From contig JBHGNT010000007.1 of assembly GCA_043228905.1 (NCBI GenBank), positions 124,001 to 188,000 of the forward strand: a stretch of 64,000 bases of DNA. The letters run 5' to 3'. A program made the position numbers and the translations under genes. The stretch is from Azolla caroliniana. Taxonomy: Eukaryota > Plantae > Polypodiophyta. The first letter of the stretch is position 1; the number at the start of each line of letters is the position of its first letter. Under the pieces are notes generated by a model, which was not told where the DNA came from, did not search any database, and saw only the letters and a program-made list of their open reading frames with translations. Positions 1 through 16,737 of the stretch are shown here, piece by piece.

Positions 1-467
1 CAGCTTATGGAGACAAGCTCAAGCCTTGACCATTAATCCCTAATGTTAGGACAATGTGCAATGTTAGAAGATTATGAGCATATGAAGTCTAAGAATGTCC
101 ATCTCAATAATCATTGGAGATGTTGATTGATACATAATGCTACACCATCACATAGACTTCTGTCCCAAATAACAATCCTAAGAAAAAATAATTTCCATCC
201 ACTAGTTGAATGTTCTACATTGTTTGTGCATGCCACAATGTCAGAAAATGTAAGAGACCCGTAATTTCAATTTTCTACACTACAACCAAGAAATTGTGCA
301 CATAACTTAATCCACATTATTACAACTTTCGTCTTACATGGAACATATCTCTAAAGCCAGATCCATGAAGATTGGCTGGTTGGCAATGAAGTTAGAACTC
401 TACATCCAACTTCACTCAACTCATGGGAATCCAAGATTTTTCTTGAGGTTTAAAAACCCATCTCTAT

Positions 468-1615
468 CTAAGCATGGGCTAAAGAAACCACTTTCTTCCA
501 AGCTAGTCTCTCAGAGATCCTCCTCCACCAGGCCCGCACATTCTACCTTGAATGAAACAACTCCGCAACCTCTGGCTTCGGCACAACATTCTGGAGGAAG
601 GGCAAGTGTGTGAGATCCGCAAGACCAAATAAGTCTCCAACAAGATAAGGTGTTGTTCTCAACCTCTCCTCGTATATATCTAACACTTTATCAAACTTCG
701 GGAGGTTGGGCTCCACAATAGAGAGGTCCACCGGTAGCCCTCTCATTGGTCACACAAAGAGTTGATAGAAGAAGGGTTGAAGTGCGGGAGTGAAGTTTTG
801 AGACTCCACCTCAAGCCAAGCCATTGCTTTGTCAACGCCCTCTCTTCCAAAGTACTGCCACAGAGGGGTGTCCCTTCGTCCTTGTTCTTGTCAGGTACAT
901 ACCGCACTATGGCTCTTGATTCTGCATGAACTTTTGTTTTTTAGTTTATCTATCTTAAGTCTACATATATTTGAACATGCACATAGTAAGACTATCTACG
1001 TATTCTCTGTCTTAGGCACAAAAGCTCCCAACATGCTATTCGCTTATCCACAGTAAATCCCGAGCCAACACTCGTTCTATATGGCTCACTTCAGTTTATG
1101 TATATGTGCCCGAATCATATTCGGGAAAACGTGTTAAGACAGCCATATACACACATATGGACATGGATATGGGGAAATGCAAAAATCTTAACCCGTGCCA
1201 TGAGAACACGGAACGAGGTTCACATAATAGAAGAGGTTATCATATAAGGTGATGTGTATATGGACATGGATATGGGGAAATGCAAAAATCTTAACCTGTG
1301 CCATCAGAACACGGGCGGGGTTCACATAATAGAAGAGGTTATCATATAAGGTGAAATCTCCATCTTGAAGCACGGGAACCACAGCAAAAGGCTGAGGGAA
1401 AAAAACATTATATGCTAGGGTTAGAACTTAGAATTATAGATCGAGAATTCCTTTAGAATTTCATTTTAGGAAAAACACCAAAAACTATGGAGGTGTAAAT
1501 ATTGGCAATTTCTTAAAACTTAAAAGAAAGAGTGGTTTGCTAAAGATATACATATATATGTATGTATGTATGTATTAGACAGAAAGTAAAACAGAGAGAG
1601 AGACGTACGTACTTG
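468..1615 (-). pseudogene. GSTF: Phi-class glutathione S-transferase pseudogene (exons 2 and 3; exon 1 essentially missing)
   Basis: A 49-nt exon at 1343-1391 encodes PFAVVPVLQDGDFTLY, but its donor reads AT instead of GT. Exon 921-468 encodes ESRAIVRY...ERALTKQWL(fs)EVESQNF...YEERLRTTPYLVGDLFGLADLTHLP...NVRAWW. It has a 5-nt ggctt duplication frameshift near 810-820 and in-frame stops at about 750 and 543-545. The probable intron-1 donor CAA|gtacgt is at 1612. Confidence 0.9.
1155..1354. repeat. About 102-bp tandem duplication covering the GST exon-2 end and intron-2 start
   Basis: atatggacatggatatggggaaatgcaaaaatcttaacc...gaggttatcatataaggtga occurs at 1155-1252 and 1258-1354. Confidence 0.9.
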
Positions 1616-1632
1616 GTGAGAAGAAGTGGAGG

Positions 1633-4600
1633 ATGCGTTCCCGAGCTGTCCCCAGTGGAAGGCCTTCAGGCACTGATGGCACCGACCATCCCTACCGCAT
1701 GACCATCGATGACAGTGAGTAGATGAAATTCCTCTTGCAGATTGAATGCATGTATGTATGCGTGCGTGGAAGTATATCTGGGTGCCATAATCAATTCTGC
1801 ACATGCTTTCCATATAGGGTACAGGAAAGTTGTCCAGAAGAAACTTCACTTACAGAAGCTTGTATTAGCCCAGGTACCTTACCTCTTCCTCTCTCCTTAC
1901 CTTTGATTCAATACTTTCATGTAAAAAAGCACAGGTTTTCATCTTCTACATTCTATGCTATTGTCTGTGCTATGAGGTAATATATATGCACGATTTGTGT
2001 ATAAATGTGGGTTTATGGCAATTTTTTTTTTCTTTTTGAATCTTTCTCATCCAAAGTCCTTTGAACCATTGTTTCAAGTCACCCCCCTTCCCTATTTATT
2101 CCTTATAAGATGTCTGATTGCGTAAATCTCTTGCTTTTGTCAATAGCCTTAGAAAATTATCTTGTTTCAAAGTATTTGTCTGTCATGAAGAAGGACAACC
2201 ATTTAGAGTTTTATTTGTTGGAATGTCTTCAAGTTGCACTTAAAAGAAGTCATCAGAGTTGGGTGAAACCTTATGAACTTGACTAACAGTGTCACTCATC
2301 TTGTGGAATAGCATTATCTAGTCTAACAGTTGAGAAAAGTAAAGAAATTTCTTCATTTCTATTACGAAATTGATTTTATAGTATTCCATGGTTTAACTTA
2401 TTCAACTTATGCTGTTGATAATTAATAACTGTCGACAAACCTCATGATAGAAAGTTTTGTGAATAATGATACATACATGCATAAAATGGGCTAGCACCTC
2501 ATAAATTATACAAATCCTCAATAAATAACACAGGATCATAACTAACTTCTGGTTTCACATTCCCAAAGTGAAGATACTTCTTTGGTTGTATTTATCAAGT
2601 CTTGATATTTGAGATCATGTGAAAACTTTCACACGAAAGCTTAATGAATTGCAACATACAGAGGTACAATCTGTGTAAAGGGAGATGTTTATGCACAATT
2701 GTAAATCCATACTGTCATAACCTGGTCCCTGACGTAATAACTTGCCAGTGTGCCTTTCTTTTAACTGTCTTCAAAGTAATATTGCTTCCTTGCAACAATT
2801 AGATTGATATTGCGTTTCAATTTTTTTCCTCGTGCAATTTTTTATACTTGAACAACTTTAAAAACCAGGCTTCACAAGTAACTTTATTTAGGTGTCTCAA
2901 AACAATATATTGCCTCTTTGGGAAAGTGCTAAATAGAAACACACTGTTTTTGTTCAACTTTCTGCCACAAGTGATGTTTAGTGATTACATTTGTTTCTTG
3001 TGGTTGTATTCCTATGCCTTTGCCCCAAAATTGTCTTTTTAAACTTCATTTTTCAATATTGAGTTTTTGCTTTTGGAGCCAGGGAAAATTGGTTCCTTTT
3101 CTGGGGGCACATTACTCTTCGGCATTGGTATCATGAAGACATGTCACAAATTATTTCATGCAATTTGACAAATCTTCCACATTTGAGTTGGAGATTTGCA
3201 AAAATGATTACACTTGTTTGCATTTTAGTTATATGATCTCCCTCCAAATTTGTGTCTTTTTAAACATCATTTTTAGATATTGTGTTTTTGCTTATGGAGC
3301 CATGCATACGACTGTCCAATTTAACTTCAGCAGATTGTTGAATCTTGCATAAGTATACTTTTTGTCCGAAAAGTGAGTTTGGATGAAGCTGATGTCTTTG
3401 AGAGGTACCTTGTATGTGTACACATTTGCAATTGTTTCTCATGAATTTCCCTTGCCTGAGTTTGCTTGTACTCTTTTTAGTCTCCATCATAGCTGAGGTA
3501 ACTGTTATTTTCTGAAGATATGATTGCAACTTGGTTCTTTTGTTTGTTCTATGGGCCTGACAGCATGCACCTACTGTTGGGCATGGGTTGGTAATTTAGG
3601 TTTGTCCATTCTATGCAAGATGAAGTTCATTAACTTGCAAATTTTGTACCGTTTCTTGTAATTTGTCTTTGTCCTTCAATATTTTTCTAGTCTGCTCTAA
3701 GTGTAATAGATAGAGCCTTAGTGGCTTTGTGGTGTTGAATTTTGCATAGTTTCTTTTTCTCTGAATTTTAACGAACATTATATATTAGATATTGTTTTCT
3801 CATCTCTTTTAATGTATAAGTGACATTTATGATCTTTTGCACACCTGAATAATGACCTCACAGAAATACCTTTCTATGCAAGTGAAACTCAGAGAACAGT
3901 GACAAGATGGCTGCCTTATATGATACCATCCTGGTTAATGCACAAGAAATGACTAATATATGTACAATGTAGAGCACCATTTTGAAATGTTTACAAGGAA
4001 ATCATAAAAGTCCAAATATCAGGAAAGGTTAATTGAGAAATTCATATGCAAGAGGGGTAGAATAATTTATTGAATTGCTGCAGTTATCATTTGACAAGGA
4101 CACAACTTGGATAGTTGAAGTCATTAGGTGTTCCTCTGAATTTGAAATTGACATGTTTAATTAGATAACATGGTAATATTGACCACAATAGTTAGCATCC
4201 AAAAACAATATAACATTTACTCTTTACTATATATTGAGCCCTCATCTCCCTTTTTGCTACTCATTCATCAGTCTCCGATATCTTTGTTGCGCCTGTATTC
4301 ATCATCTAGCCCCAAACCTTAGAGGTTTTATTTCAGCTTTAGAGATTTATTTTCTCTCCACATGAATGAGGATTACCCTGTAACATGACTGTAGTATAAT
4401 TTACAACTAGATGATATTTCAGAGCTGGAGTTATTGTTAGCTTATGTAGGGGAAACAGCGGGAGGAAATTGGTTGGCTATGTCTTTCCAATGTTGTGGAG
4501 AAGGTTAAGAATCATAAGCTCGAGGTTGTGAATAAGTTGCAATCAAACTTTAGGAGATTTTTTACTAGTAGTAAAATAGTATTAGAGTCTAACAACTTAG

Positions 4601-5103
4601 TAAGCAAAATATAAGGAAACATAGACCAAAGAAAGGAAAGGGGGTTGCCACTCGACCATCCCCTAGTGATGGCGTGAGACAAATCTGAACCCCCTCCACC
4701 ATACCATCAGGCAATGATGTGAGTTGTACGTTGGGTTCTGGAGAGCCTTAACACTTCTCCAAACTCACTCGCATAAGCTAGGTGTTCAAGTAGGGTCATG
4801 GCATCATCACCCTCGTATGAAGATTTGCAAGGTGTGCAATGAAAACATAATGGATGAATACCATTTCTCATATGCTCAGCATATAAGGTAATTCATGAGA
4901 AGTATGATGACTTATTAGAGGGTCATTTTAATTTTAGTGCTATACTCATCCCCACAAAGAAGAATGAGCACAAATGTGCATGCATTATTTTCAGAGAGTT
5001 TTTACTAGATAGTAGTAAGCCCCCTTTTAGGGAGGAGTCACATAGAAAATGGTATGTTTATTTGGTTCCATAGGTCAAAATCGGCTACCTTGTGGTTGAT
5101 AAA

Positions 5104-5164
<61 letters not shown>

Positions 5165-6267
5165 GAGATGGAGCTCTAGCAAGGAGACTCATCAATTATG
5201 CAATTTTTTCCCCCAAAAAAATTGCGACCCTGAATATCAAATGCTATTGCAATAATCCACTTCATATCACATCCGAGTTTGATTTTCCTAGTTAGATCCT
5301 AACCTTCTTAACCTCTCTTGTTTGCATGCAGCATGTCAACCATCATGTTGATTCAGCAGTAACAATTTGCTATAAGGCCTTATAATGAAAGAAACCTTAC
5401 CATAAGCAAGGAATGGTTGACAATAAAGAAACATTTTTGTCAACAGTAAAAATTTTAACTTTGGCATTGTGAGGAGCTTACAGCACAGTTTTCAGTGGTT
5501 TTTAATGAGTTGAACTTTCGTGCATGTTGCAGACCATTTTCCATCTTATTAAGGCCGTTGAAGTAGTTTTAAGGGCTATTAAAGGGGAGGATATACCTAA
5601 TCTTACAATCGCTGCTTGTGTCTCTGGAGGGGCAGCGATTCTCAGTGGGACTATGGGTATGTTTCAGCAAAGCAATGAAGTGTTGAAAATTTCATTATTC
5701 ATGAGGAACATTCGATGTATGTGACAACATCTTGATTTGGCTTTTCTATATTTGAAGGCTTGAGACAAACCTCTTCAAAGATCTTGCAGATCTTCCTGTT
5801 TATGACATGTGTCACTCTCATGCTAGCATTTATACCTCTGCTTTCAGGCCAACTTTACTTAAAGGTATGGATTGGGAAGTGGGAAACCCTTATAATAGTA
5901 GCTTTGGATTTGGAAAATAATCTTTACGTTTTAGTTAATTCACATACAATTTCTAAGCTAAATTCTTGTGTTCCTAGATTTCAGGGTCTTTACAGAATAC
6001 TGAAAATTTTCAACTTCTAATTTTTAATGGTCTGGAGATTGCACAAGAAATTATTGGTATGTAATGAGTTTTGATAGATTTTCTATGTTCATTTCTCTGT
6101 TTTGGAACTACCAAGTGAATGATCCACTATCTTCATTGCAGCAGATACATCTGAAATGATTGAAATGCACTGATTATTTTCTCTTTCTTTCAGGGGTGGT
6201 TGTGCAAATTTTTGAGGTTTTATCCGGTCTTTCTCTGTTACATCTTCTTTCACGAAAGAGAACTTAA
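1633..6267 (+). CDS. Jagunal-like ER membrane protein (about 173 aa, 6 exons)
   Basis: Exons 1633-1714, 1818-1873, 5533-5656, 5758-5864, 5978-6056 and 6194-6267 have GT-AG introns with consistent phases (522 nt total). The N-terminus MRSRAVPSGRPSGTDGTDHPYRMTIDDRYRKVVQKK matches the jagunal GRPSGTDG(S/T)D motif. Hydrophobic segments follow and the C-terminus is basic (RKRT). Confidence 0.85.
5107..5162. repeat. (TC)n microsatellite in an intron
   Basis: Perfect TC dinucleotide run. Confidence 0.97.
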
Positions 6268-6629
6268 GACTTCTGGAACTGCACATTTGATAATGAGTCT
6301 TTATCAACTCCATGATCACAATATTGAAATTGGCAAACACAACATTGAATCATTGTTTTCATATCCTACAATGCGTTATGGTCTTTATAATCTGTAGTGC
6401 CTATTAATACAAATAACAAGTCTTGATGCACCTTTGCAACTATGTCAGAACCAGGTTTTTCTGTGTGTGAACTTCAATCTTGTCTGACAAATTCATGGTG
6501 AGATCTCAAGTGTTTAACTTCATTAGATTAAGAAATAATATGACAGGATATGATGATATAGCAAACCTGAAGGTTATTACATGTCTGCATGCTGCTCCCC
6601 TGCTCCCCATTTAATCCATTTAATCCCAA

Positions 6630-8720
6630 CAAAATCGCATGCATAAACAACCCGAAAAGACCGAGGAAGTACGGAGAGTTGTATTCCGAGAAGAAATACC
6701 TTTTAGACAGAAAAATGTGCCCACTGTACAGCCGCAAACACCTTCTGTAAACTTACCTGCAAATGCAGAAAATGAGGTTGGAAATGAATAGCCAGCCTTT
6801 GCCAATAATGATGAGCCACCAAATGTGCAGGAACAGCTAGAACAGCAAGCTGTGAATGCTGATTTGCAGGCTGAAATGCCTGGACTGCAAATTGAAAATG
6901 ATGATTTGCAGGCTCAACAGCTACCAAACAATGAGCATTGGGTTAGGAGATCATCTAGAGTTACTAGACAGCCTGAAAAATTTGTTCCTGATGCAAACAG
7001 TGTGGATGATTATGTCATGGTGACTGATTGTGGCGAACCATCTTGCTTTAAGGAAGCAATGGACAGACAGGACAACAAGAAATGGTATAAAGCCATGTTG
7101 TCAGAGATGGAATCTCTTGAGAAAAATGACACTTGGGATTTGGTGCAGTTGCCTAAAGGGCAGAAAACACTTCCATGCAAATGGGTTTATAAAATGAAGG
7201 TCATTTCTGATTCCTTGCCAAAGTACAAAGCAAGATTGGTTGCAAAAGGATACAAGCAGGAATATGGAGTTGATTTTGATGAGATCTTGTCTCCTGTAGT
7301 CAAGATGACTACATTAAGAATCATTTTGGGCTTAGTTGATATGGAACTCATACAGATGGATGTGAAGACCGCCTTTTTACATGGTGATCTGCATGAAGAC
7401 ATATATATGCAGCAGCCTGAAGGTTTTGTGGCTAAAGGCAAAGAGAAGATGGTTTGTAAGCTCAAAAGGAGTTTGTATGGGTTGAAACAAGCACCAAGAG
7501 AATGGTATCATAAATTTGATGCATTTATGCAGTCTCAAGGTTTTCGTAGAAGTCAAGTGGACCACTGCTTGTACACCAAGAAGGCAGGAGATGGCAGCCT
7601 GATTATCTTGATTTTGTATGTTGATGATATTTGAGTGCTGGCAAGGATATTCATGCCTTGGATTCATTGAAGCAAAGCCTTCATGGCCGCTTTGATATGA
7701 AGGATCTTGGTGATGCAAATCACATCCTTGGCATGCGAATACTCCGAAACCGATCGAAAGGGGTACACTTTCTATCTCAGCAGGAGTATATCTCTAAGGT
7801 TTTGCAGCGTTTCAATATGGAGGGGGAGAAAACAATTGGGGTTTCATTGCCTCCATATTTGAAACTCAGTGCAGAAGACAGCCCTACATCTGATGATGAG
7901 AAGGCTGAAATGGCTAAGGTTCCATATGCTTCAGCCGTTGGCAGTTTGATATATGTGATGGTTGCTACCCGCTGTGATATTGCCTTTGCAGTGGGAGTAG
8001 GTAGTAGGTACATGGCAAATCCCGGCAAAAAGCATTGGGAAGCGGTGAAAGGTATTATGAGATACCTCAAAGGCACAAAGGACTTGGGCATTTGCTTTGG
8101 AAAGCAAAAGCCATCTATCGTTGGTTTTACGGATGCGGACTATGCTGGTCACGCAGACTGCAGGAAGTCTACTTCTGGGTATGTGTTTACTTTCACAAGA
8201 GGTGTGGTCTCTTGGATCTCCAGACTACAGAAGTGTGTTGCATTGTCTACTACAGAGGCAGAGTATGTTGCTGCCACTGAGGCATGCAAATAGGCTTTAT
8301 GGCTTTCATATCTAGTGAGAGATCTTGGCATTACAGAGTTACCTATTCTTCATTGTGACAGCCAGAGTGCTATCAAGCTAGCTCGAAATCCCGTCTTTCA
8401 TGCAAAGACGAAGCACATAGAGGTGAAGTATCACTTCATCAGAGATGTACTTGACAGCAAGAACATTGAGCTTGTCAAAGTACATACAAATAAATAATAA
8501 TCCTGCAGATCTTCTCATGAAGGGTCTTCCAGCTGAACGATTTGCCCATTGCCGACAGATGATGGGTGTTGGATAGATGTATGTAGTTCAGCTTTGTATA
8601 TACTTGGACTTAGTTGACTTTTTTTTTTCTTCTCACGGCACATTGCCTTTAGGTGGGAGGTTGTTGGGAATAAAGGGCCACTGTGCCTTTTATTAGTGCA
8701 CGAGTGTGAACGCTTTCGTA
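6630..8720 (+). mobile_element. 5'-truncated degenerate Ty1/Copia fragment (RT-RNase H, PPT, start of 3' LTR)
   Basis: Motifs KWVYKMK...[28 protein letters not shown](fs), CVALSTTEAEY and HAKTKHIEVKYH. There is a frameshift at about 7632 and stops. PPT aggtgggagg at 8651-8660 is followed by TGTTGG at 8662. No gag or integrase core is seen; ends are approximate. Confidence 0.9.
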
Positions 8721-10946
8721 GCACACTTTTGACTTGGGTGAAACTGTCTTGAAACTATCTAGAGATGAGGTTTGGATGTTGTCTAATGTGATACTAGTTT
8801 ATTTTTCTCTGAACAATTGAGAATCTGGATTGTTACTTTCTTAAAATTTGATAACCTGGAACTGCCTAATTTCGTTCAGGTGAAAGATCAGACTTGCTTT
8901 TTATCTCATTTATCTCAGTTTCAGCTGTCAAAGCTGATATTCCCTCTTGGATGTGTATCAAAGGTTAGTTCCATTGATTATTTGATATTTGATGGACATA
9001 TAAAATAGATAGATGTCTGCCCAGTGTTTGTCTTCGATGAGAGAACCAAGGAGGTCGTTGTTGCCTTGGAATGGGGAGACAAATAAAACCAAAGGTTCTT
9101 CTCTACAGGGCAGGGCAGGACAGCAGGAGGTTTCCTAGCCGAGAACAATTAACAAGTGCTTTGAGTGAAGCACAGGGTAGTGGGTTCTCCCAATTAGGCA
9201 ATTGGGCCACATAATTTATAGAGGACAACTCTAGATCTAAGATCTAGTGGGAAAGGCCTATTTGACTGGCGAGCTGCCTGCATCCTGCCATGAGCATATG
9301 TACGAGGTGGATTAACTTGAGGCGTGGAGAGGAGAGGAAGGGTTGGTGTTTTTGGAAGAGGTGAGATCTTCTGTAACTTACATGTACTATACCTACTAAT
9401 TTGAAGAGTGGAGCAACCGTCTCCCGTGTTGTGTCTTTAATTTTGTCCCTGTTTGACTTTGTTTTTCTCGTAATTTGATGGTGTAGGATCCCTTGGTCTT
9501 AAGGGATAATTAGGTTAAACTTGCAAACTGTGATTGAGCTGGGAGGATATCATGACATACAAGAATATATATTGTAGCTCTGCATTCATAAGGGGTCTGT
9601 TCCAAGATTTGGCCTATCCTCTTTTCTTTCTTCCCACCTGATTCAGAGCACTGTATGATTAAGGAGGCACCATGTGATTAACTGAGCAACATGCAGGATT
9701 GAAGAGCAACATATAATGTGGCATCGTTTTAGATCATTGTTTGGGACTCGAAGGGTTGGATATGTAAGTATTTATGCTCAACTATCCTTGAGCTTTCCAC
9801 ACGCTGTATGCAGGCTATGAATATCAAACATCCAAATGGCTAAAGTATGGCGCCGTATTGCTCACAGATCCAATTTACGCCAGTTGACATTCCTTAATGC
9901 AGCCTGCTCAATTGAGAAATTTTCTTTCTGCTTTAGACATTTTTCTTGCTATGGATTAATCGGAAGTATTAACAATTACATACAGATGGATCGAGAAGTC
10001 TGCAAGATGAACGCTGCAACCTCCCTCCACGTATTTGGTACATGACAGGTAAGTGCGAGAGTGCCTAAACACACATTACAGCAAAGGGATGGTAAGACAA
10101 GGTAGCATGATATTGCTTGTAAAGGTGCTCCGGAGACTGAATTCATGTATAACGTTTGGATTAGACAAGTTAGTTCCGTAAGCCAGCACCCACTGCTGTT
10201 TGAAAGTGACCTTATAACATTACCGTTCGCCTACTGCATGTGAACTCCTCAAGCACCCATTTCTCACCATAGCCAAAAGGTTGCATCACCTCTGGCAAAC
10301 CTAAGCACTCATTTCTCACCATAGGCCCATAGGTTGTTTCGACTCTGGTAAACCTTATTGGCGATAGGCTTTGGAACTTTAAACACTAATTAGGACTTTT
10401 CCACAGTTACAAGAGTTTTGGAAATAAAGAATGTCAGAAAGATGTTGAAATAATGAAAATTTTAGTCGGCTCTCAACACACCATGTGGCTAGATTTGATT
10501 CGAAAGGACTGTATGGATATTGCAATACTAGCTCAAAGACCTGTATGGATTAATGGGAAGTATGTACCGACGACAATTAAAGATGGATCAAGAGAAGTCT
10601 ATGTCACAACCTCCCTCCAGCATGTAGTTAGAAGTAGAACAGTAAAAGATCCAGACAGAACGCTGGAATAATGATCAAGAGTATATTTGTTTTTTTTTTG
10701 TATTATTTTTTATGATGTATGTGGAGTTACAGTAAGAGGGTACATATGGAGCAAAATGTGATATAAATATGTTACAATATACAACGACTTGAGAGGGGTA
10801 CAGGTCCAACAAAAGAATCATCAAAAGAAAGAATAGAAAAAACCGTATGGTTGGGTTATGATCAGAAGTTATTTCCAGCAACTTAATGTGGAGAAATATG
10901 GGCTGGCCAGAGAACCACTCAATGCTAGTGCTCCTCATGAGGAGCT

Positions 10947-12087
10947 CTAAGAGACATTTGGAATAAGGAAAGGGCGTTTGCATGCAACTGTTGTGTTTGA
11001 GACTGTTATATTGTTATTGCATATGGTAGCCCCTGGATACACCTTAGTTTGGCCGAGTGCGTCAACAGCATACCTTTGCACCAAATCAAGGGTGGAGTAA
11101 AGTTGTGTCATGACAGCGCCGACCTCGCCTGCTTAAAAACAGGAAGCAACCTCCGCGATGAGATTAAAGAATTGATGAATAGTGACATTCTTATAATTAT
11201 TATTATAGCTGGCAACAATTAATTATTAGAAGAGATTGAATCTACGGCATGAGTACTAACTTGTTTGGGCCTTATTCAAGTCAATGATGGTGATGCTATT
11301 GACAGTCTTATTCAATGCAGCCCACGTTGAACTCAGAAGTTGCAGTATCGAATCGGCTGCACTAGCAGCTCCATAACTTTGGAGGGTACTATTGAATTTT
11401 GTCAGCACTTGCTTGAATAGTGCAGTCACGTTTCCCTCGTATTGAATCACCTGCTTCCCGGAGACCACAGATGGCTAATGAACACCTATATTTAGAGACA
11501 AGACAATGCATGGCCATCAGAGGAGCACAACCACCCCATACTCATTTCCTTAGGTAATCTCGCCGTATTAGAAAAAGAAGAAGCAGCTAGTTGGTATGAG
11601 TTGTGACAAATAGGACATGGGGTATCACATTCTTCCATGCATAGTGCTTCTTTAATTGAATGACAGTGTAGATCTTGGGTACCTTGAGAAAACACAGCCA
11701 CAATGCATACACTGATGAGCAAAAGGGTGAGCACACACGATGCGAATTGTTCTAGGAACTGCTTCCAATTGACGCCAGTTAGACTCTCCATGACATCGAT
11801 CCCTACAATGACCAGACCAAAGGTTCCCACAAGAATGATCTATATCCATTCACGTACGTACACATGAATATTAGTCTGTCAATGCATAATAATATTGAAG
11901 TTAAGAAGCATCGAGACAATTATGAATTATGATCTATAATTAGATAGATCTCCTTGCTTACCTGAGGTGTCACAGACTTGGACAGCTTCCTTGTGGAGGA
12001 AACATCCCAAATGGTAGCCAGTGGGCCTACCATATAGCCTGCTTCACCTGCCCCATGGGCAAAAATGACACAAATTGCAGAGAACAC
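10947..12087 (-). pseudogene. PTB-type (PiT/PHO4 family) Na+/phosphate transporter pseudogene, C-terminal half
   Basis: Four exons: 12087-11962 (VFSAICVIFAHGAGEAGYMVGPLATIWDV...VTPQ); 11845-11683 (I*IILVGTFGLV/IVGIDVMESLTGVNWKQFLEQFASCVLTL...VFSQG); 11485-11261 (VH*PSVVSGKQVIQYE...FNSTLQSY); 11128-10947 (...LGQTKVYPGATICNN...C). HGAGE-GYM-GPLATIW is the variant PiT signature I recall from algal PTB proteins. It has two stops, two broken acceptors and an internal deletion. Confidence 0.8.
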
Positions 12088-13356
12088 CAAGTAGCAAGCA
12101 CACATCATGAATTGCATAAGCAATGCTCTTCGGGTGCAACATTACGTATTACGATTTTGCCTAAAAGCATGTGGCCACCTTGAGATCTTCAATTGGTGTA
12201 ATAGTAGTTTATGGAAGAGAAGGCCTTTTAGCCATCATTCACTTAAAAATACTTACACAAGTGTTTTTAATGGAGCCTACCAGAAGAAAAGGATTATTTT
12301 GCTCAATTAAACCTCAATAAGATTGCAAGTTTTTTTGTTTATGTGAGCAATATTTACATGGTATCTTTGTTTCCATGACCTTGCTCATACAATAGATTTA
12401 CTTACCTATGGCTTCTTTGTCTCCAATAAATGCGTAGCATTTTTCTTTGATATATATGTCAAAGGCTTGTCATTTTAATGAAAAGGAATTGTAACACATG
12501 GAGTGACTTATCCCCTCCCAATCTTGTGTCATTTTGTTGTTTTGATATCAAGTTAGTTATGAAATTGATTACATGTATGTGCTATTGTTTAAAATTTACT
12601 CATACATTAGACCAAGCGAAAAAATCAGTCTAAAGTTGGCCATTACATAATGTGGATTGGAAAGATAGAAAAAGACTCAGCAAACAGGTTTTGCTTCCCA
12701 AAAAGTCTATTGGGGTATATGATGAGCATGGCTTGAGGTGAGGTATAAGCTCACATTGTCAAGTGCCACTTCACAATGTTTATTATTATTGTTGTGGAAG
12801 TGCTCTTTCCAATTACGAGAGAAATGAGTAAGAAATGCAGGGAAGAATTAATAGAATCTTTAAAAAATCAACACTAGTTTAGATATGAAAATCTTCACAT
12901 TATTCATTTATAGAAACCATCAGCTCCCCCCAAGTCATTGCACAAAATAGCAAAAACTAAATAAAGTCTCTGTTTCTGTTGCTGGATTTAGACAATTTTC
13001 CTGTAGCCTGTTCCTGTTAGAAAAATATGAACGATCTGCCGGAAATGTGAAATCATACAAAGCAAATCTTCTTTATTCATGGTGAAAGATGTATACACTT
13101 AATTAGATAGATGATGGCTGTGTGTGTGTGTGTATTTCTCATCACTCTAATGCTTGCCCTACCTATACAATCAGATTTAAAGCAAGCAAAAAAACTAATA
13201 ATATACCACCACCCCATACCAATGGCCCCCACAAACATAAGAAAAAAGAAGCCATATATTCCTTCAAAGGAAAATTAATCTGAGATCACAGATTCTTCCA
13301 AAACGATTAACAAAGAAACGAAAACATAAACTGCCGAATGTTAAGCTTCTCCTACT

Positions 13357-16737
<3,381 letters not shown>

